The notes under the pieces were generated by a model that was given only the letters and a program-made list of their open reading frames with translations, was not told the DNA's origin and did not search any database. The position numbers and the translations under genes are program-made. 64,000 nucleotides of DNA from Aureliella sp. (GTDB lineage Bacteria; Planctomycetota; Planctomycetia; Pirellulales; Pirellulaceae), in assembly GCA_963691875.1 (NCBI GenBank), contig OY829846.1, positions 3,104,001-3,168,000 on the forward strand, given 5' to 3'. Positions 52,289-62,586 of the stretch are shown in pieces. Position 1 is the stretch's first letter; every line of letters starts with the position of its first letter.

Positions 52289-54052
52289 CTACTCTTCCAA
52301 TCGGAAACGGGAAACTAGATCGCTGAGGGCGGTCGCTTGCGCTCCCAACTCCTCGCTACTAGATGCCATCTCTTCACTTCCACTAGCAGCCTGCTCCGTT
52401 ACCTCCGAGATTTGCTGGATAGTGCTCGCAATTCCGTTCGCGCTCTGAGATTGCTCCACTGTAGAGTCGGCGATCTCTGCGATGCGTCACGCTGTACCCT
52501 CGACACCCTGAATGATTTTTGATAGCGATTCACCTGTCTGTTCGCTCAGCTCGGCTCCTTCCTCGACACGTTTCGTAGATTCCTTAATCAGTGTCGAAAT
52601 CTCTTTTGCAGCCTCGCTGGATCGCTCAGCAAGCTTGCGTACTTCGTCGGCAACGACGGCGAAGCCCATGCCGTGCTCACCAGCTCGAGCGGCTTCGATC
52701 GCCGCGTTCAGGGCGAGCAGGTTGGTTTGACTGGCGATCTCAGAAATCACCTGAATGATCTCGCTAATCTGATTGGACGATGCTTTGATACGCTCCATAG
52801 CTGCAATGGACTTATCGACGGCCGATCCACCTTCCTCAGCCAAGCTATTAGTTTCATTGGCGACTTTGTTGGCCTCATCGGCATTTTCTTTCACGGCGTC
52901 GATACTGCGTGCAAGCTCCTCTACAGCAGCACTCATCTCTTCGACGGAGGCCGTCTGAGTCTGGGCACCTTCAGCAAGCGTCTGAGCATTTTCGGATACG
53001 ACTCGCGAACCTTCCGTAAACTGTGCTGCCCCTTCAACTACTTGCCAAATGATCTCTCGGAGATCAGTTAGCATTTTGCTTAAGCCTGCAGCGAGTTCGC
53101 CAACCGCATCCTCGCCCGCAACCGTAACTTCCTGGGTCAAGTCGCCATTGGCGGCGGCATTGACCACGGCTAGCAATTGGTCAACTTTTTCGCGCAGTTG
53201 CTCTTGCTGCTGCCGTTCCCGCTTCTGGTTCTCCTTCTCCCGAATCTCGGCGTTCTTTTGGTCGGTGATGACCGCCCAAGCGACCATAGGCCCAAAGTAG
53301 TTCCCCTTATCATCGTAGATTGCTGACGCATCGAGGCGCAATGTGTCATCCCCGACTTTAATCTCTGCACTGTGAGGCAGGTTGTTTGGATCCGCAAGCA
53401 TACGCCGTTGATGCGACGGGTTCTTGTGGAACACGTCGTAAGAAGCACCTACGATCTCGTCTACCTTTACAGGTAGTTGATGTTCGATGGTTTTCAGCGT
53501 GTTGCGCGATGCAGGATTCATGTAGACAATCGTGCCATTCAGATCTGCTAACATGATGTTGATCGGAACATTCTCAACAATCGCAGTTTTCTGAGCAGCA
53601 TTCTCTCGGCGTAATCTTTCTGCGGTAATATCAGTGGCATTCTTTACAACGCGGTAGGTCTTGCCGCTGTCGTCGGTCAGAGCAGAGTAACGAGCTTGAA
53701 TCCAAATCTCTTTGGAGCCCTTGCCAAAGCGCTGGAACTCACCTTGGATAGACTCGCCACGTTGAAGCTTCGCCCAAAAATCCTGATACTCCGTGCTCTC
53801 CGCGTACTTTCGATCGACAAACATACTGTGGTGTTGACCCTGAACCTCATCCAGTCGGTAGCCGACCGCCGACAAGAAGTTTTGATTTGCGGAAAGGATC
53901 GTACCGTCGGATTCAAATTCAATCACAGCAAGCGTGGTGCTGATCGCATCTAGCTTCGCCTGTGTTTCCTGCAGTTCCTTCTTAAAGCCCGCTTCGCGAG
54001 CATTCGTCTTGCTGTTCTTTGCCTGAGGACGCTCAAGAGTCGCCTGTGCCAT
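52289..54052 (-). pseudogene. Soluble PAS-PAS-HAMP methyl-accepting chemotaxis protein interrupted by an in-frame TGA at 52487-52489
   Basis: Two PAS domains and signalling tip [36 protein letters not shown]. After the TGA the same frame continues RIAEIADSTVEQ...EEMASSSEELGAQA...RFRLEE to TAG at 52289. Confidence 0.9.
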
Positions 54053-54748
54053 TTTTTGCCCCTTTTCCAGTAGTTGATTAGAAGATCAAAAGATCTGAAG
54101 AGTTTCGTTTTAGCGGTCCCTCTGCACGATCCTCGGCCAGAGATGTTGCCGCACCGCTGCCAATCCAAAAGTGGGGAGCGACTTCTCTGCAACACGATTT
54201 CAACTGTCAAACCTGAACACAGCAGTCGCATAGCTCAGGAACAATCTTTCGCACCCGCCTAACAGGTAAGTGTGCGATAACGCACACATAGTCACTGCCT
54301 CGCCAATGCGGCCTCTGCTACTTCTATGGGCCACAACAAAGCTTCAGTCAAAGCACGGCGATAGATTGGCGGAGAATGAATACAAAGGGCGCGAATGACT
54401 CACCTACCGAGAGGGGACAGAGAATCGACTTGCCACTCAATGAGTGGACCAAGCGGATAACCGCTTTAAACACAGCTGCACCCCTTAGTTGCACAACGGC
54501 AGGAATTGCGGGTAGCGTGAATAAGTAAGTCGTGCTTCACACTGAGAGAAATAGCCGTGTGATTAGCATGCTTGAGACTGTGTGATGGAGGTACGCTCCC
54601 CAGCGCAGGGGAGCGGTAAAGTACGCGTCTCGCAAAGGGCTGAAAAATCATTCATCTCTGAAATCAGAGACTAGGTTGAAGTGGGTGCGAGTCACAAGGA
54701 GCAACGTGCCGCTCTAGCCCTATCAACTACTGTTTTGGGATCACAACT

Positions 54749-55258
54749 ATGTTTCTCTTTCGTCCTGTCGAATTGACGACAGCTGATGAGTGTTTTACGA
54801 GCTTTCAGTCTCTACCACTGATCGCCAAACGTTGTTTGTTATCCACGCTGGGTGTGTTGTTTCTCGGCATCGGTGTCGTGGGAATCTATCTTCCTGGGAT
54901 TCCGACGACAGGTCCTGTGCTACTCGGGATCTACTTGCTGGCCAGGGGCTGGCCTAAGTTGCATCAGCGAGTGTGTCAGAGCAAGATGCTCCAGCCCTAC
55001 GTGGCATATTTCGACGGCCGAAGAGTCTTGACGCGGCGCAGCAGGTGGATTGCGGCGTTCTGCATGTGGACCAGTATTAGCGTCAGCTGCTGGCTCTTCA
55101 GCCTTCAACCAAACTACCAGTGGCAGGCTATCACAGCTTGCCTTGTCGGAGGCGGCCTTGGTACGCTTGCCATTGCTTTCTTCAATCCCAAGCCTGGGCA
55201 GGTTGCTTCTAAAGATCTTGCTATGATCGATAGCTCAGGTACACCAGTTGACTCATAG
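54749..55258 (+). CDS. YbaN/DUF454 family membrane protein
   Basis: LGIGVVGIYLPGIPTT motif and TM helices. Confidence 0.85.
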   Translation: MFLFRPVELTTADECFTSFQSLPLIAKRCLLSTLGVLFLGIGVVGIYLPGIPTTGPVLLGIYLLARGWPKLHQRVCQSKMLQPYVAYFDGRRVLTRRSRWIAAFCMWTSISVSCWLFSLQPNYQWQAITACLVGGGLGTLAIAFFNPKPGQVASKDLAMIDSSGTPVDS

Positions 55259-55523
55259 TGGTCGAATTTCTAGCGCAGCCGCATCGGAAATAGGCAAGTG
55301 TTAGCTACGATCCAAACTCGGCTGGTTGAGATCTGGAAATCCTGGGTTTGCATCCGCGTGCCTGCAGGTGGGGCTTATGCCCTCGAATTGCGGCTTTCGT
55401 TCTCGAATAGCGACCCGATTTCATTAGTGCGGACTCATCTGGCGGACTCAATTGCCGGTAGCACGTGAAGAAGGGCGATCAAATGATCACCTGTGCCCTT
55501 GTTTGAAACTAACGACTCATGCC

Positions 55524-55798
55524 TCAACGGTGCGGATTGGAAAGCGCCCTCTGAACCGCTTTGTGAACCACAGTCTAAGCCCCCAATCGAATCTCTTAAA
55601 GATCGCGTTGAAGTGAGTCTCCGCAGAGGAGTTGTTGAGCGGGTCACAAACATAGTTGATCGGTAGTTTGTTCAGCGCGATGGCAGCTACGTCTTGCACA
55701 TTAATGCGGCTCGCCGATATCTCCGATGCAATTTTCGCCTCCAGCTCGAGAATCTCATCAAAGACTATTGGCTCTGTAAGATTCTTCAAATACGCCAA
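55524..55798 (-). pseudogene. ComFB-family (c-di-NMP receptor-like) pseudogene
   Basis: LKNLTEPIV...DVAAIALNKLPINYV. The typical C-terminus VVHKAVQRALSNPHR* lies in another frame, with TAA (55596-55598) and TAG (55575-55577). Confidence 0.7.
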
Positions 55799-55955
55799 GT
55801 TCGGCAGCCATCATCTTCACCATTCTAAAAATGCCGCTGTGCACTGCGTAATCACAGGTCACCAGCGGGCATGCCATACCGAATATTAGCTGTCTGCGTC
55901 AAAAGCTCGGTTGAAGATCACAGTGGCAGCGAACTAGCTACTTATTCTCTCGTCA

Positions 55956-57308
55956 TCATCTGCTTACAAGAATCTTCCCAATCGGCTGCATTCCGGGCCA
56001 ATACGAGAGCACGTAAGAATTGAGTCCGTCACGAATAGTGACTTTGCACTGAGTCGTCGGCGCGATGGGTGTACCAGCCGTGATGGGTTCTAAACCCAAA
56101 GTGTGGGTACCGCTCGGGAGTTCCAGCCTGAGGATCTGGAACTCGCGCGGTAACAAGCCCCAGCATCGAGTATCGGCCGCCTCGGTGGCTTCCCAGAGAA
56201 CTCCCGCTGCGTCCAAGGCGAAAGAAGCAATATCCGAGTTTACGTCTAGCTGATCCTTCGCCGCGTAGACCGCACCCTTCTTCAGGACGCGACGCACAAC
56301 AGCTCGCGTTATCACCGAAGGTAGTTTGGCCTCATAGGAATCGACTGCAAGTTCATGCAAGTCGCTTATAGGCAGCGTGGTTGAGACCGGCACATCGCCA
56401 ACTTTGACGCCGAGCAAGTCAAAAGGCTTAGGCGGACTAACGATGATTGGAATCTTAACTGGTGCGATGGTCGGAGGGATCGAGTACTCGCCGAGGTTGG
56501 AAACGATCAAGTCTGCTGCTTGCAGCGCGGCTTGAGTGGCGGGTTGAGTCGTTTCTTCCTTGAATGGGCCACGCCCGACCATAGCGATCACATAAACAAT
56601 CCCATGCCCTGGCGCACAGTGCACTCCGTGCTGCGCTCGCTCAAGATCCTGCTGTAGAAGTGGCGAGTCAGGAAGCAGAGCCAGGCTTTCTTCGTAGTAG
56701 CGAGCCGCCTCATGGTAGTCGGTGTGCGTACTTTCCAGCAACATACCGCGAAGATACGGAGCTATGGTGGGTACGCAGTAGTCTTCAGGCAGTTCCTCGT
56801 CCCAACGCTCTTTGGCTCGGCCGAAGAGTTCGCGCTGCTTGTCTAAGGTCTGCAGGGAGTATGCTTCCGCATCAACGCCGTCCTGCATGAGGCTACAGAG
56901 GCTTAGCATCACGCGGACCAGCAGCTTTTCGTAGTCTTCGCCCGCGTAAGCCCTTATCTGGTCATCAGTCAAATAAGAGCTCGTGTCTTCAACGAAGCTT
57001 TTTTGTTGAAGGCGATCCCACTCATCGCGAACACTCTGCAATCGCCGCTCCGCTGCAGCCACGTCTCCCTGAAAGAGCTCGACCATGGCCAAGTCTAGTT
57101 CGAGAACGGAAGAATCCTGTTTTCCCTTCTGCGCCAGCTTATCGAACTCGGCCCTTGCTTGATGCAAGTCATTGCTATAAAACTCACTTCGCGGCCTCAT
57201 CAAACGGCTTGCATGAGTGCTGCAGCCGCCAAACAGCAACAGAGCGACGATGGCGGGCAGCCCTTTGAGGCTACTTGAGATCGTTGCTGTGGATGAGTTG
57301 CTTGACAT
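55956..57308 (-). CDS. COG3014-like lipoprotein (TPR-like)
   Basis: Lipobox FGGC; YAGEDYEKLL and ADTRCWGLLP motifs; adjacent to an LpoB-like gene. Confidence 0.8.
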   Translation of the reverse strand: MSSNSSTATISSSLKGLPAIVALLLFGGCSTHASRLMRPRSEFYSNDLHQARAEFDKLAQKGKQDSSVLELDLAMVELFQGDVAAAERRLQSVRDEWDRLQQKSFVEDTSSYLTDDQIRAYAGEDYEKLLVRVMLSLCSLMQDGVDAEAYSLQTLDKQRELFGRAKERWDEELPEDYCVPTIAPYLRGMLLESTHTDYHEAARYYEESLALLPDSPLLQQDLERAQHGVHCAPGHGIVYVIAMVGRGPFKEETTQPATQAALQAADLIVSNLGEYSIPPTIAPVKIPIIVSPPKPFDLLGVKVGDVPVSTTLPISDLHELAVDSYEAKLPSVITRAVVRRVLKKGAVYAAKDQLDVNSDIASFALDAAGVLWEATEAADTRCWGLLPREFQILRLELPSGTHTLGLEPITAGTPIAPTTQCKVTIRDGLNSYVLSYWPGMQPIGKILVSR

Positions 57309-57328
57309 GGGAGACAGCAAACTTCTGC

Positions 57329-58003
57329 CTAGTGATTCCCGGGGAACCAGTTGTAGCTGCCAAGTCGATGTAAGGCAGACTTGTGGTAGCCCTTGCGAAT
57401 CTCAGCTTGTTCCTTGAAGCTCGTATTGTTTCGGGTATCAATCATCTCGAGAGTCAGCAAGTAGTCTCGCTGCGACGAGGAATTGCGATCGGTGGTTCCA
57501 CTCGTCAACTTGGCAAACAGCAAATACTCAACAGGCTGGCCGTTCGCATGCAACATGCTTGTAAAGCGTTGCATGTTCACTGGCACAAACAACGCGTCTG
57601 GCCGGAGTTCGGTCTCGTAGAGTGCCGCTTCGACTACACGTCGACTTAGTGAGGCGAACTGTGGGGACTGGCTCACTCGAGCGTCAATGAGCTCATAAAG
57701 ATGTTCCTTGAAGTCACCTAGTTCCTCAGAGCTGTGGTTCTCGATGCCCACGAAACATACCGTACTTGGAACCGGAAGGCCGTTTGCATCGATCGCTGGA
57801 GAATTGGTGCAACGGCCTAGCAGCTTGGCGACCGACTCTTCGACCAACGGCTTGTAGACGGCCGAGCCGGCATCGTGACTACCGACCATATCCGTTTTCT
57901 CAGGACTAACGATATGCCCGTACTGAAAACCTCGACAACCACTTAGTGCGAAAGCAGCGCAGAGCATAGCTGCCGCAACAATTTGCTTAGACGATTGATG
58001 CAT
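57329..58003 (-). CDS. LpoB-like (penicillin-binding protein activator family) lipoprotein
   Basis: Lipobox LSGC; IENHSSEE and YLLFAKLTS...DYLLTLEMID, an LpoB/CsgG-like pattern. Confidence 0.7.
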   Translation of the reverse strand: MHQSSKQIVAAAMLCAAFALSGCRGFQYGHIVSPEKTDMVGSHDAGSAVYKPLVEESVAKLLGRCTNSPAIDANGLPVPSTVCFVGIENHSSEELGDFKEHLYELIDARVSQSPQFASLSRRVVEAALYETELRPDALFVPVNMQRFTSMLHANGQPVEYLLFAKLTSGTTDRNSSSQRDYLLTLEMIDTRNNTSFKEQAEIRKGYHKSALHRLGSYNWFPGNH

Positions 58004-58296
58004 CCCTTCATCCCTCGTTTGGAATCGATAGCTTCAGTGATTCGCCGAAAACTCCACGCCAACGGTGCGCAAAGCACAGCTTTAGCGAATCCAGAAATGC
58101 GGCGACAAGTTTGGTCCTGCAAAGCTAGCAAAGCAGGTGCCGAGCAACGCAGCAGACCTGTTATCTAAAATGAGACGAAAGGCGGCTTCTTTGGGAAAAC
58201 ATCCCGAGGCCAATCGTGCTCAACAAACACCATCGGGCGTGGCTCCATCCACAATTGATAACTAGTCGATTTTTTTAGGCTTGGGATGCCGCGTTG

Positions 58297-59436
58297 CTAG
58301 CGATCGGCCCCAAAAACAACGCAAATCGGCGACGGAGAATTGATGACATTTTGGTTGTAAGTCATCCTACCGGACCCTGGATTGACCTCAAAACAAGCGA
58401 GAGTATTCGATGCCTGCCCGCCAACTAGCAGCCAGCGTGCTGATGGATCGAGATTGAAGTTACGTGGGATCGAGCCTCTGACGTGCTCGTTCTGAATCAT
58501 TTCCAAAGCTCCATCCTTCCCAACGGAGAACGCCGTGATCGTATCGTGTCCTCGATTGGCCGCGTAAACGAACTGGCCATTGGGATGCACGCGAATCTCC
58601 GAACAACTCTTAAACTTCTCAAGCTTCAGTTCTTCTGGATCCACAGTGGGAATCGTCTGCTTGATCTTCATGCTCCCCGTTTTCGCGTCGTAATCGAAAA
58701 CTGAGACGGCCAAGGAGAGTTCGTTCAAGACATAAATCCATTTGCCGTTCGGATGAAACTTCATGTGTCTTGGACCGGAACCTGGTGGGACGTCGGCGTG
58801 TCCATGAGGATGAATCGTTGCGTTGTCCAGGTCCACTTTGTAGATGACGACTTGGTCGAGCCCCAAGTCGGGAACGAAAGCGAACCGATTGTCCGGAGAG
58901 AAGCCAGTCCAGTGAGCGTGTGACGCATCCTGGCGATTACCGAAGACCCCTGACCCACCTTCATGTTCAATCAAAGTTGTTTGCCGAAGGATCCTTCCTG
59001 ACTGGGCTAACTCATAAGCTGCGACCGAGCCGCCTCCATACTGGGCCGAAAGCAACATATTGCCAGTCGGGTCGACGGAGACATGTGCTGAGCCACCGTC
59101 ACCGACTGGAACCGAGTTTACGAGCTTAAGCTTTGCTTTGTTGCCAGTGGCAACAATCTTGAAACATGCGATCGACGGCACATCCGCAACCGTCCCGACG
59201 GAGTAAATGTGCGTACCCTTCGGGTGCATGGCGATGAAACCAGGACGCTGGATCTCGCCGACACGCTTGGAGGGCCCAAGCTTCCCGGTCTCAGTGTTGA
59301 GCATACAGTGGTAAATGCCGGTCTCCGGTCCTCGACTGCCAGTTCCGAGCCAAACATCAATTTCTTGGGCGACTGCACTTACTGAACCAGCCATGAGCAC
59401 TACTGCTAAGGTGAGAAGGATGCGATGAAAGATCAT
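58297..59436 (-). CDS. Lactonase family beta-propeller (6-phosphogluconolactonase-like), secreted
   Basis: HAH, PDLGLDQ, GSGPRHMKFHP, NRGHD, PRNF motifs; signal peptide. Confidence 0.92.
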   Translation of the reverse strand: MIFHRILLTLAVVLMAGSVSAVAQEIDVWLGTGSRGPETGIYHCMLNTETGKLGPSKRVGEIQRPGFIAMHPKGTHIYSVGTVADVPSIACFKIVATGNKAKLKLVNSVPVGDGGSAHVSVDPTGNMLLSAQYGGGSVAAYELAQSGRILRQTTLIEHEGGSGVFGNRQDASHAHWTGFSPDNRFAFVPDLGLDQVVIYKVDLDNATIHPHGHADVPPGSGPRHMKFHPNGKWIYVLNELSLAVSVFDYDAKTGSMKIKQTIPTVDPEELKLEKFKSCSEIRVHPNGQFVYAANRGHDTITAFSVGKDGALEMIQNEHVRGSIPRNFNLDPSARWLLVGGQASNTLACFEVNPGSGRMTYNQNVINSPSPICVVFGADR

Positions 59437-59765
59437 TGGATTCGTCCAACGTGAAGCTAGAGGTGAGAAGACAGAGCGGAAGCAGCTGGAAACAGCTTAT
59501 CCGAAGGGGAGAAGGGCGACTAATGAGAAGGGGATTATAGGCTTGCCGGTCATGCGAATCGTAGCGATTGAACAGAAATTTTTGGGGAATTTGTGATACA
59601 CGCACTCGAACACGACCTATGGTTTTGGACCCGAAATGTTTCAGTCACTCAGGATAAGCGATTGGGATTTTGCGAATTGCACGCCTTCAAACGCTCGTTT
59701 CTGGCCGAACTCGCCTTCCGTAAGCAAAAGCCTTCCGCCAACTCGCATTCGCAATCGTTGCTGCC

Positions 59766-61706
59766 ATGCTGCATCTAAGTCCTCGCAAAAGCCGAATCTC
59801 GAGTCAACAACAGCGACGCTTACGACGTCTAAATGACTTCGTGCGAAACGTGCGCTCTTTGCAGACGAATTACTGCCAGTGCGGTCGTCTTGAACTGCAA
59901 GAAAGCTTTCAACACTTGAGGCAGCGCGCGCAGCAAGACAAAACTGCAGGATCGCACAGTCAGAGTTTTCTCGAAGCTGCCTCGCATGCGGTCACTGCGG
60001 CCGAAAGCGTTTTCGAATTCAAACTGCACGATGTTCAGATCGCAGGTGCCGCGGCAACAGCCAGTTCCGCCATTGTCGAGATGCAAACGGGTGAGGGGAA
60101 AACCATTGTCTGCGCTCTGGCGGCACTTATTCGAAGCATTTTCGATTCGTCCGTGCATGTTGCGACAACAACAGAGTATCTGGCACGACGCGACTTTGCA
60201 TCCAACTTACCTCTGTTTCAAGCGCTTGGAGTCGACGCGGAATTGTTGTCAAGCGAGGCCAGCCCAGCTGCCAACCGAAACGCCTACCGATGCCCAATTA
60301 CCTACGGTGCCGGCTATCTGTTTGGATTTGACTACTTGCGCGATCAAGTCACCTTGCGCGAGCACGAAAAAAACACTCTCGGCCGTGACGTACTGAATAG
60401 CATTTTGGATGTAAACCCAGAGTCGCAATTAAATCAGCTGGAACATCGGACCATCATCGTGGATGAAGCAGATAGTGTTCTTCTCGATGAAGCCACCACT
60501 CCCTTAATTCTCAGCGGTGTAAATCAGCGTATCGCACCTGAGACACGGCGACTCTACGAGCTTGCGCGAAGCATTGCCAACTCCATGAATGAGTCGGAAC
60601 ATTTTCTGATGGAAGAGAGGCCTGCTGGAGTCAGTTTGACAAAGGCAGGGCAGGGGCTTGCGCACGAAGCTTTGTCACGAGGGCACAACACGCTGTTACA
60701 ACGCCCTTGGACCGAGTACATCAAGCAGGCTTTGTTCGCCGAATATCAGTTGCAATGCAACGTGGACTACGTCGTCGACGAAGATCGAGTCAAACTTGTC
60801 GATCAGCACACGGGACGCATTTTCGAGGATCGGCAGCTAAGGGCCGGGCTGCACCAGGCAGTCGAAGCTAAAGAAGGCGTGACCATTCAGGCTTGCACCG
60901 AAGCGATTGCACGAATCTCACGGCAACGCTTTTTCCAAATGTACGAAAACGTCTGCGGTTTGACTGGGACAATTCGAGACAACGAATCTGAAGTGGAGCA
61001 CTTCTATCGTTCGCGTGTTCACGCACTGCCGACACACAAAATATGTCGCCGAATTGAACTGCCGACGCGTTTCTTCGTCTCGCGCGAAGCAAAGATACAA
61101 GCGATTGTTCACAGCATCAATCAAATTGCAAAGACTGAGAGGCCGGTATTGGTCGGAACCGAGAGTATCGATGAAAGCCTGGAAGTTTTTGGGTTACTGC
61201 AGGCGGCAGGACGTTCTGCCTCGTTGCTCAATGGCCTACAAGACGCTGATGAAGCTGAAGTCATCGCGGAAGCTGGGCGATCTGGAGCTGTCACCATCGC
61301 TACCAACATGGCTGGTCGAGGTACCGATATTCGACTGGTTCAAGTTGCACGAGAGCTAGGCGGACTGCACGTCATTGCTTGCAGTCACCAAACCAATGCT
61401 CGCATAGATCGACAACTTGCTGGTCGCTGTGCCCGACAAGGCGACCCAGGATCCTACCAGTTCTTTGTTTCTGCAGAAGACAGACTACTACTGGAGCATG
61501 CACCAAAGCTAGCCGCAAAGCTCCAAGCTTCTGCCGCTGAAGGCGAAACCGAAGTGCACCAAGACTTTGGGCCCGAGATCAAACGACTTCAGCAAGAGCT
61601 GGAAGTGCGTTCCTTTGACCTTCGGAAGGATGTATTCACACAGGATGAATGGCTCAACCAAGTGCGACACAGCCTGGCGAGCCCAGGAGAATCGCATGCG
61701 TACTAG
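59766..61706 (+). CDS. secA: Secondary (short) SecA-like DEAD ATPase
   Basis: EMQTGEGKT, YLARRD, VDEADSVLLDEA.TPLILSG, GLHQAVEAKE, ATNMAGRGTDI, RIDRQLAGRCARQGDPG. At 646 aa it lacks the usual wing/IRA1/C-tail. Confidence 0.88.
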   Translation: MLHLSPRKSRISSQQQRRLRRLNDFVRNVRSLQTNYCQCGRLELQESFQHLRQRAQQDKTAGSHSQSFLEAASHAVTAAESVFEFKLHDVQIAGAAATASSAIVEMQTGEGKTIVCALAALIRSIFDSSVHVATTTEYLARRDFASNLPLFQALGVDAELLSSEASPAANRNAYRCPITYGAGYLFGFDYLRDQVTLREHEKNTLGRDVLNSILDVNPESQLNQLEHRTIIVDEADSVLLDEATTPLILSGVNQRIAPETRRLYELARSIANSMNESEHFLMEERPAGVSLTKAGQGLAHEALSRGHNTLLQRPWTEYIKQALFAEYQLQCNVDYVVDEDRVKLVDQHTGRIFEDRQLRAGLHQAVEAKEGVTIQACTEAIARISRQRFFQMYENVCGLTGTIRDNESEVEHFYRSRVHALPTHKICRRIELPTRFFVSREAKIQAIVHSINQIAKTERPVLVGTESIDESLEVFGLLQAAGRSASLLNGLQDADEAEVIAEAGRSGAVTIATNMAGRGTDIRLVQVARELGGLHVIACSHQTNARIDRQLAGRCARQGDPGSYQFFVSAEDRLLLEHAPKLAAKLQASAAEGETEVHQDFGPEIKRLQQELEVRSFDLRKDVFTQDEWLNQVRHSLASPGESHAY

Positions 61707-62586
61707 AGTCTTCCGTAGCGGAAGTTGTCAAGACTTTAGGTCCACCATCAGACCTATCCACCGCCGAGCCAACACAGTTTTGCCTTTACTGGTGATTCTT
61801 TTCACCGCAACCAATCTGCACGCACAAGTGCTTGAGAGCTTTGCTGAGCCCGTCGAGTTACGAGAGGTTGCTGCTGCTGAGCCGGGTGTTGTTTCCAAGA
61901 CGTTCGTTCGAGAAGGCCAGTCGATTGAAATTGGCCAAGTGCTTGCAGAGCTTCAATGTGAGGAACTCAGGCAAAAAAAAAGGCTTGCAGAGCTACGAGC
62001 CGAATCAGCTTTTGCGATCCAAGCCGCCGATGCACTGGTCCGCATTCGCGAAAAGAAGCTGGCAGCCCTGCGACCAATGCTTGAATCGGGGCATGCCAAT
62101 CAGTCTGAAGTCGAGCAAGCTGAGCTAGAGTTTGATGCAGCCTTCTCGGAACGCGAAGCAGCAAAACTTGCCCGAGAGGAGCAGAAAATTCAAGTCTGCT
62201 TGATCGAAGCCGAAATAGAACGCCGACTGATCCGCAGCCCAATCCGTGGCGTCATCACGGAGGTGCATCGGCAGGCTGGCGAATTTATTGCTGGGGCAGA
62301 ACCCAAGTTTGCAACGATTGCGGACCTGACCAAACTCCGCGCGAGATTCTACTTGAACGCAGAGGAAGCAATCCAACTCAAAACTGGTCAAAACGTAACA
62401 ATTGCGACTGGCTTGACTCAGAAGATTGTTCACGGAACCGTCAGTTTTGTCTCACCCGTCACTGATGCTGACAGCTCCACCACTCGAGTAGAAGTATTAC
62501 TCAACAATCCGCAGAACGAGCTGCGCAGTGGATCCCCCTGTCGCTGGATTGGGCCTGAGAGCGGCCGACAGAAGGAGCGTTCGTGA
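61696..62586 (+). CDS. HlyD/RND-type membrane fusion (periplasmic adaptor) protein
   Basis: Lipoyl half-motifs (PGVV...VREGQ...GQVL; IRSPIRGVI), alpha-hairpin, VSPVTDA...LRSG; overlaps the SecA stop. Confidence 0.88.
   Translation: MRTRVFRSGSCQDFRSTIRPIHRRANTVLPLLVILFTATNLHAQVLESFAEPVELREVAAAEPGVVSKTFVREGQSIEIGQVLAELQCEELRQKKRLAELRAESAFAIQAADALVRIREKKLAALRPMLESGHANQSEVEQAELEFDAAFSEREAAKLAREEQKIQVCLIEAEIERRLIRSPIRGVITEVHRQAGEFIAGAEPKFATIADLTKLRARFYLNAEEAIQLKTGQNVTIATGLTQKIVHGTVSFVSPVTDADSSTTRVEVLLNNPQNELRSGSPCRWIGPESGRQKERS

Noticed and set aside
44986..54052. Genome-wide TGA reassignment (code 4/25) or selenocysteine as the explanation for the che stops
   Set aside because: TGA ends many intact genes here (def, sulfatases, ATGA overlaps) and Trp is TGG. 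The interrupted positions are not Cys-equivalent and I see no convincing SECIS hairpin.
54053..54748. c-di-GMP (GEMM) riboswitch upstream of the MCP
   Set aside because: The GGCAAA...GAAA...GACGCAAA architecture was not found on either strand.
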